From: Thermoleophilia bacterium | GTDB taxonomy: Bacteria; Actinomycetota; Thermoleophilia; RBG-16-64-13 | Assembly: GCA_050943595.1 (NCBI GenBank) | Contig: JBMNPM010000003.1 | Location: 86,476-150,475 of the forward strand | Direction of reading: 5' to 3' | Length of the DNA stretch: 64,000 bases | Shown: in pieces, positions 26,728-34,352 of the stretch | Position numbering within the stretch: position 1 is the stretch's first letter | How the letters are laid out: every line of letters begins with the position of its first letter | Translations under genes and position numbers: made by a program | Notes under the pieces: generated by a model | The model's input: the letters and a program-made list of their open reading frames with translations, nothing else | What the model was told of the DNA's origin: nothing | Databases searched by the model: none

Positions 26728-27462
26728 TCATACCAGCAGTTTGCGCAGCTCCTTGTAGAGCAACAGATGGAGTAGTTGGGAAAGTAGAGCCCCCAGATCA
26801 TCCAACATCTTCTCCCCATGTGCCCGCTTTTCGGGGTGTGTGGAGCGAAGAGACGGCATCGTGACCTGCTCAATAAGGGCGGCTTCGCGTTCTACAGAGG
26901 AACTCAGCAGTCGCAAGTTCCGAGGCTCCACCCCAAAACCGGCAAGCAGATGGCATATGCGGGCGATCTCCAGGTCACTTTCCGTCAGGACCGGACCCGA
27001 CTGGCCGGAGCGATCCACCAGCCGGTATTCGGCCAAAATCCGGAAGAAGTCGGCATCAACACCGGCCGCCTCGGGAGCCTCATCCCACGAATATATGGGC
27101 TTCTCACGCTTGAGGACCGCGCCGGTGCGCAGAGGAGTTGCCATGGGGTCGAGCGGTCGACCCGCTCCGAGCGCGGCGCCACGGTCCACACGCTGACGGA
27201 TGACGTCCAAAGGCAGATACTCGTCGCGCTGTAGGGTGAGGATGGTCCGCAAACGGCGGATGTCGGCCGCTCCATACTTGCGGTATCGCCCGGGCGTTCG
27301 GAGCGGAGTCAGCAGGCCGCGGTCCTCAAGATAGCGCAACTTGGTTATGCTCAGGTCGGGAAAATCCGGACGCAGCTGCTCCACGACCTGCCCGATGCTC
27401 CACAGTTTCTCCGGCCGGGAAGCAGGGCTGGTCTGCCCCGAATTCCGTGCCTCTTCAGCCAT
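26728..27462 (-). CDS. MerR-family transcriptional regulator (FtsR-like, partner of the FHA protein)
   Basis: HTH WSIGQVVEQLRPDFPDLSITKLRYLEDRGLL and a second MerR-like half; position directly downstream of the FHA gene as in actinobacterial garA-ftsR. Confidence 0.8.
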   Translation of the reverse strand: MAEEARNSGQTSPASRPEKLWSIGQVVEQLRPDFPDLSITKLRYLEDRGLLTPLRTPGRYRKYGAADIRRLRTILTLQRDEYLPLDVIRQRVDRGAALGAGRPLDPMATPLRTGAVLKREKPIYSWDEAPEAAGVDADFFRILAEYRLVDRSGQSGPVLTESDLEIARICHLLAGFGVEPRNLRLLSSSVEREAALIEQVTMPSLRSTHPEKRAHGEKMLDDLGALLSQLLHLLLYKELRKLLV

Positions 27463-27465
27463 AGC

Positions 27466-27948
27466 CTACCTGCTATCGGCGGGCTCGAGGAACACCAACT
27501 TGAACTTACCTATCTGGAGCTCATCTCTCTCAACCAGACGGTGCCGCTCAATGCGCTTGCGATTGACATAGGTCCCGTTCAGGCTATTGAGATCCTCCAG
27601 AACAAAACCGCTGTCATCACGCATGACCCGCGCGTGGTGCCTAGAGACCGTGACGTCGTCAAGAAATATATCGCTATGGGGGCTGCGACCGATGGTGAGA
27701 ATGTCCGTATCTAAGGGAATGGTTTCCCCTTCACGGCCACCGCCGGCACGGATGAGAAGAACCGTGATGGTCTCAGCACCTTGCCCATACAGGATTTCGG
27801 ACACAGCTTCATCACGCTCGGTAGGAACATACATGACGGTTACGTCGTTCAAATCAACAGGGACGAGACGACTCCCACAGCGGCGGCAGAAGATAGAGTC
27901 ATCTGTGTTTTCAACTCCGCATGTAGGGCAATCGGGCATGGAGCTCAC
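27466..27948 (-). CDS. FHA-domain protein with an N-terminal zinc ribbon
   Basis: CPTCG...CRRCG zinc ribbon, then an FHA core (TIGRSPHSDIFLDDVTVSRHHARV...GSLNGTYVN). Confidence 0.8.
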   Translation of the reverse strand: MSSMPDCPTCGVENTDDSIFCRRCGSRLVPVDLNDVTVMYVPTERDEAVSEILYGQGAETITVLLIRAGGGREGETIPLDTDILTIGRSPHSDIFLDDVTVSRHHARVMRDDSGFVLEDLNSLNGTYVNRKRIERHRLVERDELQIGKFKLVFLEPADSR

Positions 27949-27999
27949 CTTAACTACTCGGTAACTACTTGGATGGCTTCTCCAAAGTGGGTCGAATGT

Positions 28000-28368
28000 T
28001 CACGCCGTATCAGGCGAACTGTTGCTTGATTTTTCTGACTTCTCGGCAGCGTCCGGCGGCCGATGGTTACTCAGAACCTCTGCGAGGGCGGTCAAATCTC
28101 CTTCGGTGACCACACTCTCCCCCGCCTGATGCTTGTCACGGAGACGCCGGACAAGTTCCGCCCGCACAATGTCTATCTCACCGTGAAGCAGTCGCCGTCT
28201 CTTCGAGAGCTCACGCTCTTCCTCCGACAGGCGCTTGACCAAGTCCTTGAGCGCGGCATCGTTGTAGGTCTGAATATTCAACAGACGATGAAAGGTGGTG
28301 TCATCCAAATTTTCCACACCTTTACTATAGCAATCACAGTAAGAACCTTCAAGGCAAGATAGAGACAT
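28000..28368 (-). CDS. hypothetical coiled-coil protein
   Basis: 122-aa ORF between gcvH and the FHA gene with a Cys-rich N-terminus (CLEGSYCDC); no family recognised by eye. Confidence 0.4.
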   Translation of the reverse strand: MSLSCLEGSYCDCYSKGVENLDDTTFHRLLNIQTYNDAALKDLVKRLSEEERELSKRRRLLHGEIDIVRAELVRRLRDKHQAGESVVTEGDLTALAEVLSNHRPPDAAEKSEKSSNSSPDTA

Positions 28369-28450
28369 CTAACCAGAAGTGGCGCATTGCACTGAAGCTT
28401 CTATTCAGATTGGGGCTTCTATTCACGGTCAGGCGAGAAAGGTGGACCGT

Positions 28451-28834
28451 CTACTCCTCCATGCGAAGTAGTTGCTCATACTCCTCGGCGCTCATCAGAT
28501 CGTTTTGCTCTGTCGGATCGCTTAACCTGACCTTCACCAACCACCCATCTTCAAAAGGGCTCTCATTGATCAACTCCGGCGCATCCACCACGTCGTCGTT
28601 GATCTCCATGACCGAACCACTCAGTGGCGCATAGACGTCGCTGACGGCTTTGACCGACTCCACCTCAGCATACGGTGCACCGGCGACCAGGTCGGCGCCC
28701 ACCTCAGGAAGTTCGATATACACTATATCCCCGAGTGATTCCTGGGCGAAACTAGTGATACCAAAGACGGCAGTATCCCCATCCACCCGGGCCCAATCGT
28801 GCTCCCTGTGGTACTTGAGGTTCCTCGGATTCAC
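28451..28834 (-). CDS. gcvH: glycine cleavage system H protein
   Basis: Lipoyl-lysine motif AEVESVKAVSDVYAPLSG and typical length. Confidence 0.9.
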   Translation of the reverse strand: MNPRNLKYHREHDWARVDGDTAVFGITSFAQESLGDIVYIELPEVGADLVAGAPYAEVESVKAVSDVYAPLSGSVMEINDDVVDAPELINESPFEDGWLVKVRLSDPTEQNDLMSAEEYEQLLRMEE

Positions 28835-29046
28835 ATGCTCTCCTTTCTCGCCACCATCGGCTGCCGGTCATTAACATAGCACCTTAGCCCCGCCGGTTGT
28901 TCACGTCCGCGTTGAGTACGGGCAACATCTTGATCCGTAGGAGGACCTCATGACCTGAGACGATGGCCCAAGCTACCTGCTGACGCGGCCTCAATGCACA
29001 CTGTCCAAGCGTTAAAAGGGCTACTGGGGGCGGGTGCGGGCTTAAA

Positions 29047-29062
29047 GGCGCCGGGCGGCGCC
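29047..29062 (-). terminator. GC hairpin ggcgccg-cc-cggcgcc followed by TTT on the minus strand
   Basis: On the minus strand: GGCGCCGCCCGGCGCC TTTAAG, downstream of the 29168 gene. Confidence 0.35.
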
Positions 29063-29071
29063 AACTTTGTT

Positions 29072-29112
29072 CTCAGACCACGCCGACAGCACAGCTATCG
29101 GCGTGGTCTGAG
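29072..29112 (-). terminator. perfect 14-bp stem hairpin (ctcagaccacgccg / cggcgtggtctgag, 13-nt loop)
   Basis: Read directly; it lies 56 nt downstream of the stop of the 29168-31681 gene; no U-tract. Confidence 0.4.
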
Positions 29113-29167
29113 TCCTCGTCCTGCGCTCGCCCAGCGCCTTTTCGCAGCGAAACGTTTTAACGGTATA

Positions 29168-31681
29168 TTAGCCGTTCTTACACTCAGTGATCACTGTCTT
29201 CAGAGAGTCGAGATAGTCGGTGGCCAACTCAGCCGCTCGGTCGTCGTCCGCAGCCTCAGCGTACACGTGGAAAACGGGCTCCTCGGCATCCGGTATGATC
29301 AGAACCCAATCAGAATCATCAAGGAAGACCTTGATACCGTCCACGAGCGATACGCGTCCCTCACGGAGTTTTTCAGTCATGCGGCGCATGACCACGCCCT
29401 TGAGATCCCAGGCACACTCGGCCTCGCGATGCACTAGGTGCGCCGGCGGAACCTGATCTATGAGGCTTGAAAGAGGAGCATCGGATGTCGATACCAGCTC
29501 TAAGACCTTGCCCAGCGCGAACAGCCCATCCATTGACGGCAGAACTGCAGGATAGATGTAGCCACCGTCTCCACTGGCTGCAAACACAGTGTTGGGACGC
29601 GTAGCCTCCGCCGTAAGAGCCGCCTTGGAGCACTTGGTCCGGCGGATGGTCATGCCCGTTGAAGCGATCATCTGCTCGGCATGATGAGTGGCATACAACG
29701 GCAGGGCGATCGTCCCTCCTCCTTCGGCCGCCTTGCCTGCCTGCTGGAGAAGCGCCAGCAGCAGTGCGGAGTCGGGCACCAAACGGCCTTTTTCGTCGAC
29801 GATGAATAGGTACTCCGCCCCCGGATCGAGAATAGCACCCACATCCGCTTCCATTGCCTTGACTAGTTGAGCCACCCGTTCCACCGCACGCGGCAGACTT
29901 TCGGCGACCGTGAAGCGTTTGCGGCTGCTGGGACCGGCATTGACAGAGACCGTCTCCAATTCCAGTTTGTCCAAGGTCGTCGAGAAAAAGAACGCGGGAG
30001 CCGACGACGAGTAATCTATCACCAGCCGGGGTTGCCGGCCACGGATAGCGACCGTGTTCCAGTTCTCGAGGAGGGAGTTGGTGTAGGTCTCGATAACCCG
30101 GGGCGGATAGATCACTTTTCCCATCTCTTCAAAGGATGCGCGCCGGAAGTCCTCACGGAAATAGAGGTTCTCGATGGCCCGCTCTTTCTTGCCATCAAGA
30201 GGTACTCCCGGCGACTCCGAGAACAGGATCTCGATCTGATCGGGGTTCTCCAGACTCATCTGCACGTGTATGCCACCCACCGCAGCACCACTCTTGATAT
30301 CGAAACGATTGATGGCAGCCGTAGCGACTGTGAGGTCACGGACGTTGATGCCGGTGGAGTTGAGACCACTGATAATGGCCCGCTTGAATACCCGACAAGC
30401 GTGATGCGTATCACGGCTCGTGGTCACGTGCGAATCCTTCGCGATCATGGTGCCGTACGACATCGCCAAGCGCATGGCCAACTCAGGGGTGATATCCACA
30501 TTGGCGAGGCCCCGTACCCCATTCCTCCCGAACAGAGTGCTTGGTCCACGCGATTCCCAAACGATAGACGAACGTACTGCCGACCCCGGGTCGATGTTCT
30601 TAAAAGGATAGACCTTGACATTGTTGGCTACGACTGCATCACGGCCAACCACGGAGCGGTCGCCCACAACGGCACCGTCGGCGACATGTGCATTTTCGTG
30701 GACCTCGACGGCATTACCAAGGATGGCCCCGGTCACAACCGCCCCTGGAGCCATATACACATTCTCCCCCAGGACCGAATCGCCCACCTGGGCCCCCGTG
30801 CGTATCACAGTGTTGGCACCCACGACCGTGTGGGCGTGCACACGAGCCCCGGGCTCAATACGGACATGGGGGCCGATGACGGCCGGACCCTCCACCTCGT
30901 CGAGGCTCTCCAGAGAAGCCCCCTGCTCCACCCACACGTTGCCTTTCAGCCGTACTCCGGGTGGAGTGAGACGGACCTTGCCGTCCAACGCATCCCGGTT
31001 GGCCTGCAGAAATTGCTCCAGGCTACCGATGTCCTGCCAGTATCCGTCACACACCATACCGTAGAGAGGCTTGTGCATGTCGAAGAGCTTGGGAAAAAGA
31101 TTGTGGCTGAAATCGTAGGGTTGCCCCTCAGGGATGTGGTCGAGGACCTCGGGTTCGATGACGTAGATGCCGGTGTTCACGGTATCGGAGAAGACTTGGC
31201 CCCAGCCCGGCTTCTCAAGGAACCGCTGGATACGCCCCTCTGCGTCGACGATGACCACGCCGAATTCCAACGGGTTCTCAACACTTTTGAGCGCGATGGT
31301 AACCATGGCCTCACGCTGCTTGTGGAAGTCGATGACGCTGGTGAGATCGAAGTCGGTGAGCGCGTCTCCACTGATGACCAAGAAGGTGTCATCGATAAGA
31401 TCCTTGGCGAGCCGGATGGAACCGGCAGTCCCGGCCGGCGTCTCCTCGACAGTGTATTCGATATGCATGCCGAAGGCGCTACCGTCGCCGAAATGGTTGC
31501 GGATCAACCGTGGCAGAAAGGCTAGGGTCATAATCACATCGTTGATACCGTGCCGCTGCACGAGCTCTAAGATGTGCTGGATGGTGGGCTTGTTCACCAC
31601 TGGGACCATGGGTTTGGGCTGATTGGACGTGACAGGCCTCAGCCTGGTCCCCTGTCCGCCGGCCATGATTATCGCTTTCAC
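29168..31681 (-). CDS. sugar-1-phosphate nucleotidyltransferase fused to a left-handed beta-helix and a phosphohexomutase-like C-terminal domain
   Basis: GTG start with a GGAGG RBS; GGQGTRLRPVT NTP-transferase motif, hexapeptide repeats, then a PGM/PMM-like fold in which the canonical TASHNP and DGDGDR loops appear as QMSLENP and SGDGGY (judged by eye). Confidence 0.8.
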   Translation of the reverse strand: MKAIIMAGGQGTRLRPVTSNQPKPMVPVVNKPTIQHILELVQRHGINDVIMTLAFLPRLIRNHFGDGSAFGMHIEYTVEETPAGTAGSIRLAKDLIDDTFLVISGDALTDFDLTSVIDFHKQREAMVTIALKSVENPLEFGVVIVDAEGRIQRFLEKPGWGQVFSDTVNTGIYVIEPEVLDHIPEGQPYDFSHNLFPKLFDMHKPLYGMVCDGYWQDIGSLEQFLQANRDALDGKVRLTPPGVRLKGNVWVEQGASLESLDEVEGPAVIGPHVRIEPGARVHAHTVVGANTVIRTGAQVGDSVLGENVYMAPGAVVTGAILGNAVEVHENAHVADGAVVGDRSVVGRDAVVANNVKVYPFKNIDPGSAVRSSIVWESRGPSTLFGRNGVRGLANVDITPELAMRLAMSYGTMIAKDSHVTTSRDTHHACRVFKRAIISGLNSTGINVRDLTVATAAINRFDIKSGAAVGGIHVQMSLENPDQIEILFSESPGVPLDGKKERAIENLYFREDFRRASFEEMGKVIYPPRVIETYTNSLLENWNTVAIRGRQPRLVIDYSSSAPAFFFSTTLDKLELETVSVNAGPSSRKRFTVAESLPRAVERVAQLVKAMEADVGAILDPGAEYLFIVDEKGRLVPDSALLLALLQQAGKAAEGGGTIALPLYATHHAEQMIASTGMTIRRTKCSKAALTAEATRPNTVFAASGDGGYIYPAVLPSMDGLFALGKVLELVSTSDAPLSSLIDQVPPAHLVHREAECAWDLKGVVMRRMTEKLREGRVSLVDGIKVFLDDSDWVLIIPDAEEPVFHVYAEAADDDRAAELATDYLDSLKTVITECKNG

Positions 31682-32006
31682 AGTAAGCCTCCTACCAGGG
31701 GTACGTGGTTACACCTCAGGATAACCCGAAATAGTCGTAGGTTGTAGACGTTGCAACACGACGCCTGCCTTAAAGAGGAGGGAGAATGTAGAACAGGCGG
31801 TGACCTCCCCACCCCGACTCCGTTGACACTCAAGAATTGGACCTCCGTGATCCAGAAGGGGGTGTCGACAGTACCCGCACATCGGAATCCGAAGCGGGGA
31901 AGCAGTCCGCCTTTGTTAGGGTGGGCCGGCCGGGCATTAGGCCCTGTGACGCCCGGTCAGGAATCTCGCCCGGCACCCTTCGAGCCTGGGTAAGTCAAGC
32001 CGAAGT

Positions 32007-32048
32007 CGACCACCCTCCCCTCAGACGGGCTAGAGGGGAGGGTGGTCG
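32007..32048 (-). terminator. perfect 16-bp stem hairpin just downstream of the SLH-protein gene
   Basis: cgaccaccctcccctc-N11-gaggggagggtggtcg, 7 nt after the stop at 32055; no U-tract. Confidence 0.45.
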
Positions 32049-32054
32049 AATGGT

Positions 32055-33689
32055 CTACGGCAGGTACTTCCAGATCGACCCGTCTTTGTGCATTTGATAG
32101 AGGTTATTGCCGTCAGCCACGATTTCCTTCGAACCAGAATAGTTGTCGATCCTCTCCCACTTGAGCGGCGTACCGGTGTACTTCCAGATCGACCCGCTTT
32201 TGTGCATCTGATAGAGGTTGTTGCCGCCAGCCGCGATATCTACCGAACCAGAATAGTTGTCGATCTTCTGCCACTTGAACGACGTACCGGCGTACTTCCA
32301 GATAGACCCGTCTGTACAGATTTGGTAGAGGTTCCCCCCACTCGCAGCGATCTTTTTTACGGCTGCATAAATGTCGAGCATCTGCCACTTGAACGGCGTA
32401 CCGGTGTACTTCCAGATAGACCCATCTTTGTGCACTTGATAGAGGTTGTTGCCGTCGGCCACGATCTTTTTCGAAGCTGCATTGCCATCAATCTTCTGCC
32501 ACTTGAGCGGCGTACCGGTGTACTTCCAGATAGACCCATCTTTGTGCATTTGATAGAGGTTGTTGCCACCGGCCGCGATATCTACCGAAGCTGCATTGTC
32601 ATCAAGCTTCTGCCACCACTTCGTGCCAGCATACTTCCAAATCTTCCCATCTTTGTGAATCTGGTAGAGGTTGTTGCCGTCGGCCACGATGTCTACCGAG
32701 GCTGCATTATCATCAAGCCTCTGCCACCACTTCGTGCCAACGTACTTCCAAATCTTCCCGTTTGTATGGATTTGGTAGAGGTTCCCCCCACTCGCAGCGA
32801 TCTTCTTTGTGGCCGTATTATCATCAAGCTTCTGCCACTTCGCACTCGGCGTTGTGGTAGTTGTTGTAGCGGGTGGCGCTGTTGTAGTTGTTGTTGTGGG
32901 TGGAGCTGTTGTGGTTGTTGTAGTAGACGGAGTTGTGGTAGTTGTTGTAGCGGGTGGCGCTGTTGTAGTTGTTGTAGTAGATGGAGTTGTAGATGCGATC
33001 TTGAGAAGTACATTGTGCAATACCTGAGCCACCTCGCCCCGTGTCATGTTCCCGAACGGATCGAGCGTGCTGAGAGGAAGCTTCAACGTAAGTCCGTTAT
33101 ACTCGGCTCTGGCGGCGTTAACGCCATGCTGGGGACTAAGGCTGGGGGTCCAGGAGGGAACGAAGTTGTCTGGAGGCGCAACCAGCAGTCCCGGCTTGAC
33201 TTCATCGACCGCCCGCACCACCATGGTCAACACTTGGAAACGGGTGATGTTGCCAAAGGGGTCGAAGGTGGTCGGCGTCTTGCCCACGGTGATGCCGTGC
33301 AGTGCGCACACAGCCACGTACTTGGCCGGATAGAGGGGGTCGACGGGGTTGGGTGTGGAATCGACGTCTGTAAACGGACAGACGATGGCCGCTGGGACGT
33401 CATGGCCCATGGTCTTCACGATCATTTTGGCAAACTGCTGGCGCATCACCGCGTCTTTCGGATAGAACTTGCCGTCCGCTTTACCGTTGATGATATTTTT
33501 AGAGGCTAGATTGGTTATTGCGGCATGGTAGGGATGGTCGGCCCCAACATCGGGGAAGCTGGTAGCTACGGCCGGCGTTACAAGCAAAGTCATCAGGGCC
33601 ACTACCGCGACGGCGGCGACACAGACCCTCGCCAGAAGTCGACTACCTGGTTGCCGGCCCGTCGAGCCGGGCAAGCTCTTGAAGTTCAT
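32055..33689 (-). CDS. SLH-domain cell-surface protein: signal peptide, 3 SLH repeats, Thr/Pro-rich linker, 7 tandem tectonin/PLL-like beta-propeller repeats
   Basis: SLH repeats FPDVGADHPY.., FTDVDSTP.., DPFGNMTRGEV..; linker TTTTTTAPPATTTTTTPS...; seven ~36-38-aa repeats WQK(L/I)D.NAAS..IAAGGNNLYQ.HKDGSIWKYTGT; GC visibly lower than in the neighbouring genes. Confidence 0.8.
   Translation of the reverse strand: MNFKSLPGSTGRQPGSRLLARVCVAAVAVVALMTLLVTPAVATSFPDVGADHPYHAAITNLASKNIINGKADGKFYPKDAVMRQQFAKMIVKTMGHDVPAAIVCPFTDVDSTPNPVDPLYPAKYVAVCALHGITVGKTPTTFDPFGNITRFQVLTMVVRAVDEVKPGLLVAPPDNFVPSWTPSLSPQHGVNAARAEYNGLTLKLPLSTLDPFGNMTRGEVAQVLHNVLLKIASTTPSTTTTTTAPPATTTTTTPSTTTTTTAPPTTTTTTAPPATTTTTTPSAKWQKLDDNTATKKIAASGGNLYQIHTNGKIWKYVGTKWWQRLDDNAASVDIVADGNNLYQIHKDGKIWKYAGTKWWQKLDDNAASVDIAAGGNNLYQMHKDGSIWKYTGTPLKWQKIDGNAASKKIVADGNNLYQVHKDGSIWKYTGTPFKWQMLDIYAAVKKIAASGGNLYQICTDGSIWKYAGTSFKWQKIDNYSGSVDIAAGGNNLYQMHKSGSIWKYTGTPLKWERIDNYSGSKEIVADGNNLYQMHKDGSIWKYLP
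32058..32843. repeat. seven tandem ~108-114-bp coding repeats (propeller blades)
   Basis: Visible as recurring ggtgtacttccagatagacccatctttgtgcatttgatagaggttgttgcc... units; they generate a mirror-image spurious ORF on the + strand. Confidence 0.8.
32845..33015. repeat. low-complexity codon repeat (ggtggt/gttgta on +; ACN/CCN on the coding strand) encoding the poly-Thr/Pro linker
   Basis: Read directly. Confidence 0.7.
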
Positions 33690-33848
33690 GTGAGCTCCTT
33701 TCGGCGATCCGCGGCTAGGCCCGGGTACGCTAATAAAAGCCGTACTCTTTCAGATACTCCCTAGCCTTGTTGGCATGCGCTGACACGATGGTCTCTAATG
33801 ACCGTTTTCAGTATATAAAATTCAACTTCAGTCTACACATGAACCAAT

Positions 33849-34061
33849 ATGAACACAAGAAGAAAATTTGAGTCCCGTAATCTCCATGATCCTCGCCATA
33901 CTCACGCGACGTTACTCTTGGCGAACAGCAAGCATCCCAAAATTGTGAGCGAGCGGTTAGGCCATGCGTCTGTCGCCTTCACTTCGACCGTGTACGCACA
34001 CACTTTGCCCGGCCTCCAACGTGAAGCCGTCGGCCGCCTCGCGGCCTTGGTGGATGGGTGA
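33849..34061 (+). pseudogene. tyrosine recombinase/phage integrase C-terminal remnant (70 aa)
   Basis: LHDPRHTHATLLLANSKHPKIVSERLGHASVAFTSTVYAHTLPG carries the HxxR box and catalytic Tyr region of integrases; an in-frame TGA lies 7 nt upstream of the ATG; the N-terminal ~300 aa are absent; AT-rich, low-GC codons (aga aga aaa ttt). Confidence 0.65.
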
Positions 34062-34071
34062 TTGGCGGCTC

Positions 34072-34093
34072 TCGTGGAACATTCGTGGAACAT
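34072..34093. repeat. 11-bp tandem direct repeat tcgtggaacat x2
   Basis: Read directly, 11 nt after the integrase-remnant stop; possibly an arm-type site. Confidence 0.55.
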
Positions 34094-34126
34094 ATCGCCA
34101 CTTATGGATGGCCAAGAAAAAGAAAA

Positions 34127-34151
34127 GCCCCGCATTTGCAGGGCCTTTAAA
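34127..34151. terminator. hairpin gccccgca-ttt-gcagggc flanked by an A-run and CTTTAAAG (bidirectional-terminator-like)
   Basis: Lies between the integrase remnant and the tRNA 3' end. Confidence 0.35.
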
Positions 34152-34152
34152 G

Positions 34153-34226
34153 TCGGGACGGCCGGATTTGAACCGGCGACCTTCCGGCCCCCAGCCGGAT
34201 GCGCTACCAAACTACGCCACGTCCCG
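34153..34226 (-). tRNA. tRNA-Pro (anticodon GGG), 74 nt, CCA not encoded
   Basis: Manual cloverleaf on the minus strand: acceptor CGGGACG/CGTCCCG with C1-G72 and discriminator A (tRNA-Pro hallmarks), D arm GCGT-AGTTTGGTA-GCGC, anticodon arm TCCGG-CTGGGGG-CCGGA (G37), T arm GCCGG-TTCAAAT-CCGGC. Confidence 0.85.
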
Positions 34227-34237
34227 ATGCGCGAGCC

Positions 34238-34243
34238 AGTATA
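34238..34243 (-). promoter_or_regulatory. -10-like TATACT 12 nt upstream of the tRNA-Pro 5' end
   Basis: Read on the minus strand; the -35 is weak. Confidence 0.25.
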
Positions 34244-34352
34244 GCGCGCCTGGGTCGTCTGGACCACCATCGATCTACCACCACGACGGCAGCAGACCGT
34301 AGAGACACCTATCCGTGTCCCCAGACATGAACCCAACAGCCGGTACAACCGC

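Noticed and set aside
28835-29046. Glycine riboswitch upstream of gcvH
   Set aside because: I looked for the GGAGAG...CACCGAAGGGGCAA / CUCUGGAGAG...ACCGAAGGGG tandem aptamer signature on the minus strand and did not see it. The region instead holds two terminator-like hairpins from the upstream gene.
32058-33015. CRISPR-like array
   Set aside because: The regular ~110-bp periodicity is protein-coding (in-frame propeller blades and a poly-Thr linker), with degenerate rather than identical repeats and no spacer/repeat structure. No CRISPR arrays are present in the window.
32088-33509. 473-aa + strand ORF spanning the SLH/propeller gene
   Set aside because: It is the mirror image of the tandem coding repeats on the - strand (its translation shows the same periodicity as artefactual IEVIAV...LPLERRTGVLPDRP units) and has no start context. 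Long repeat-driven antisense ORFs are expected in high-GC DNA.
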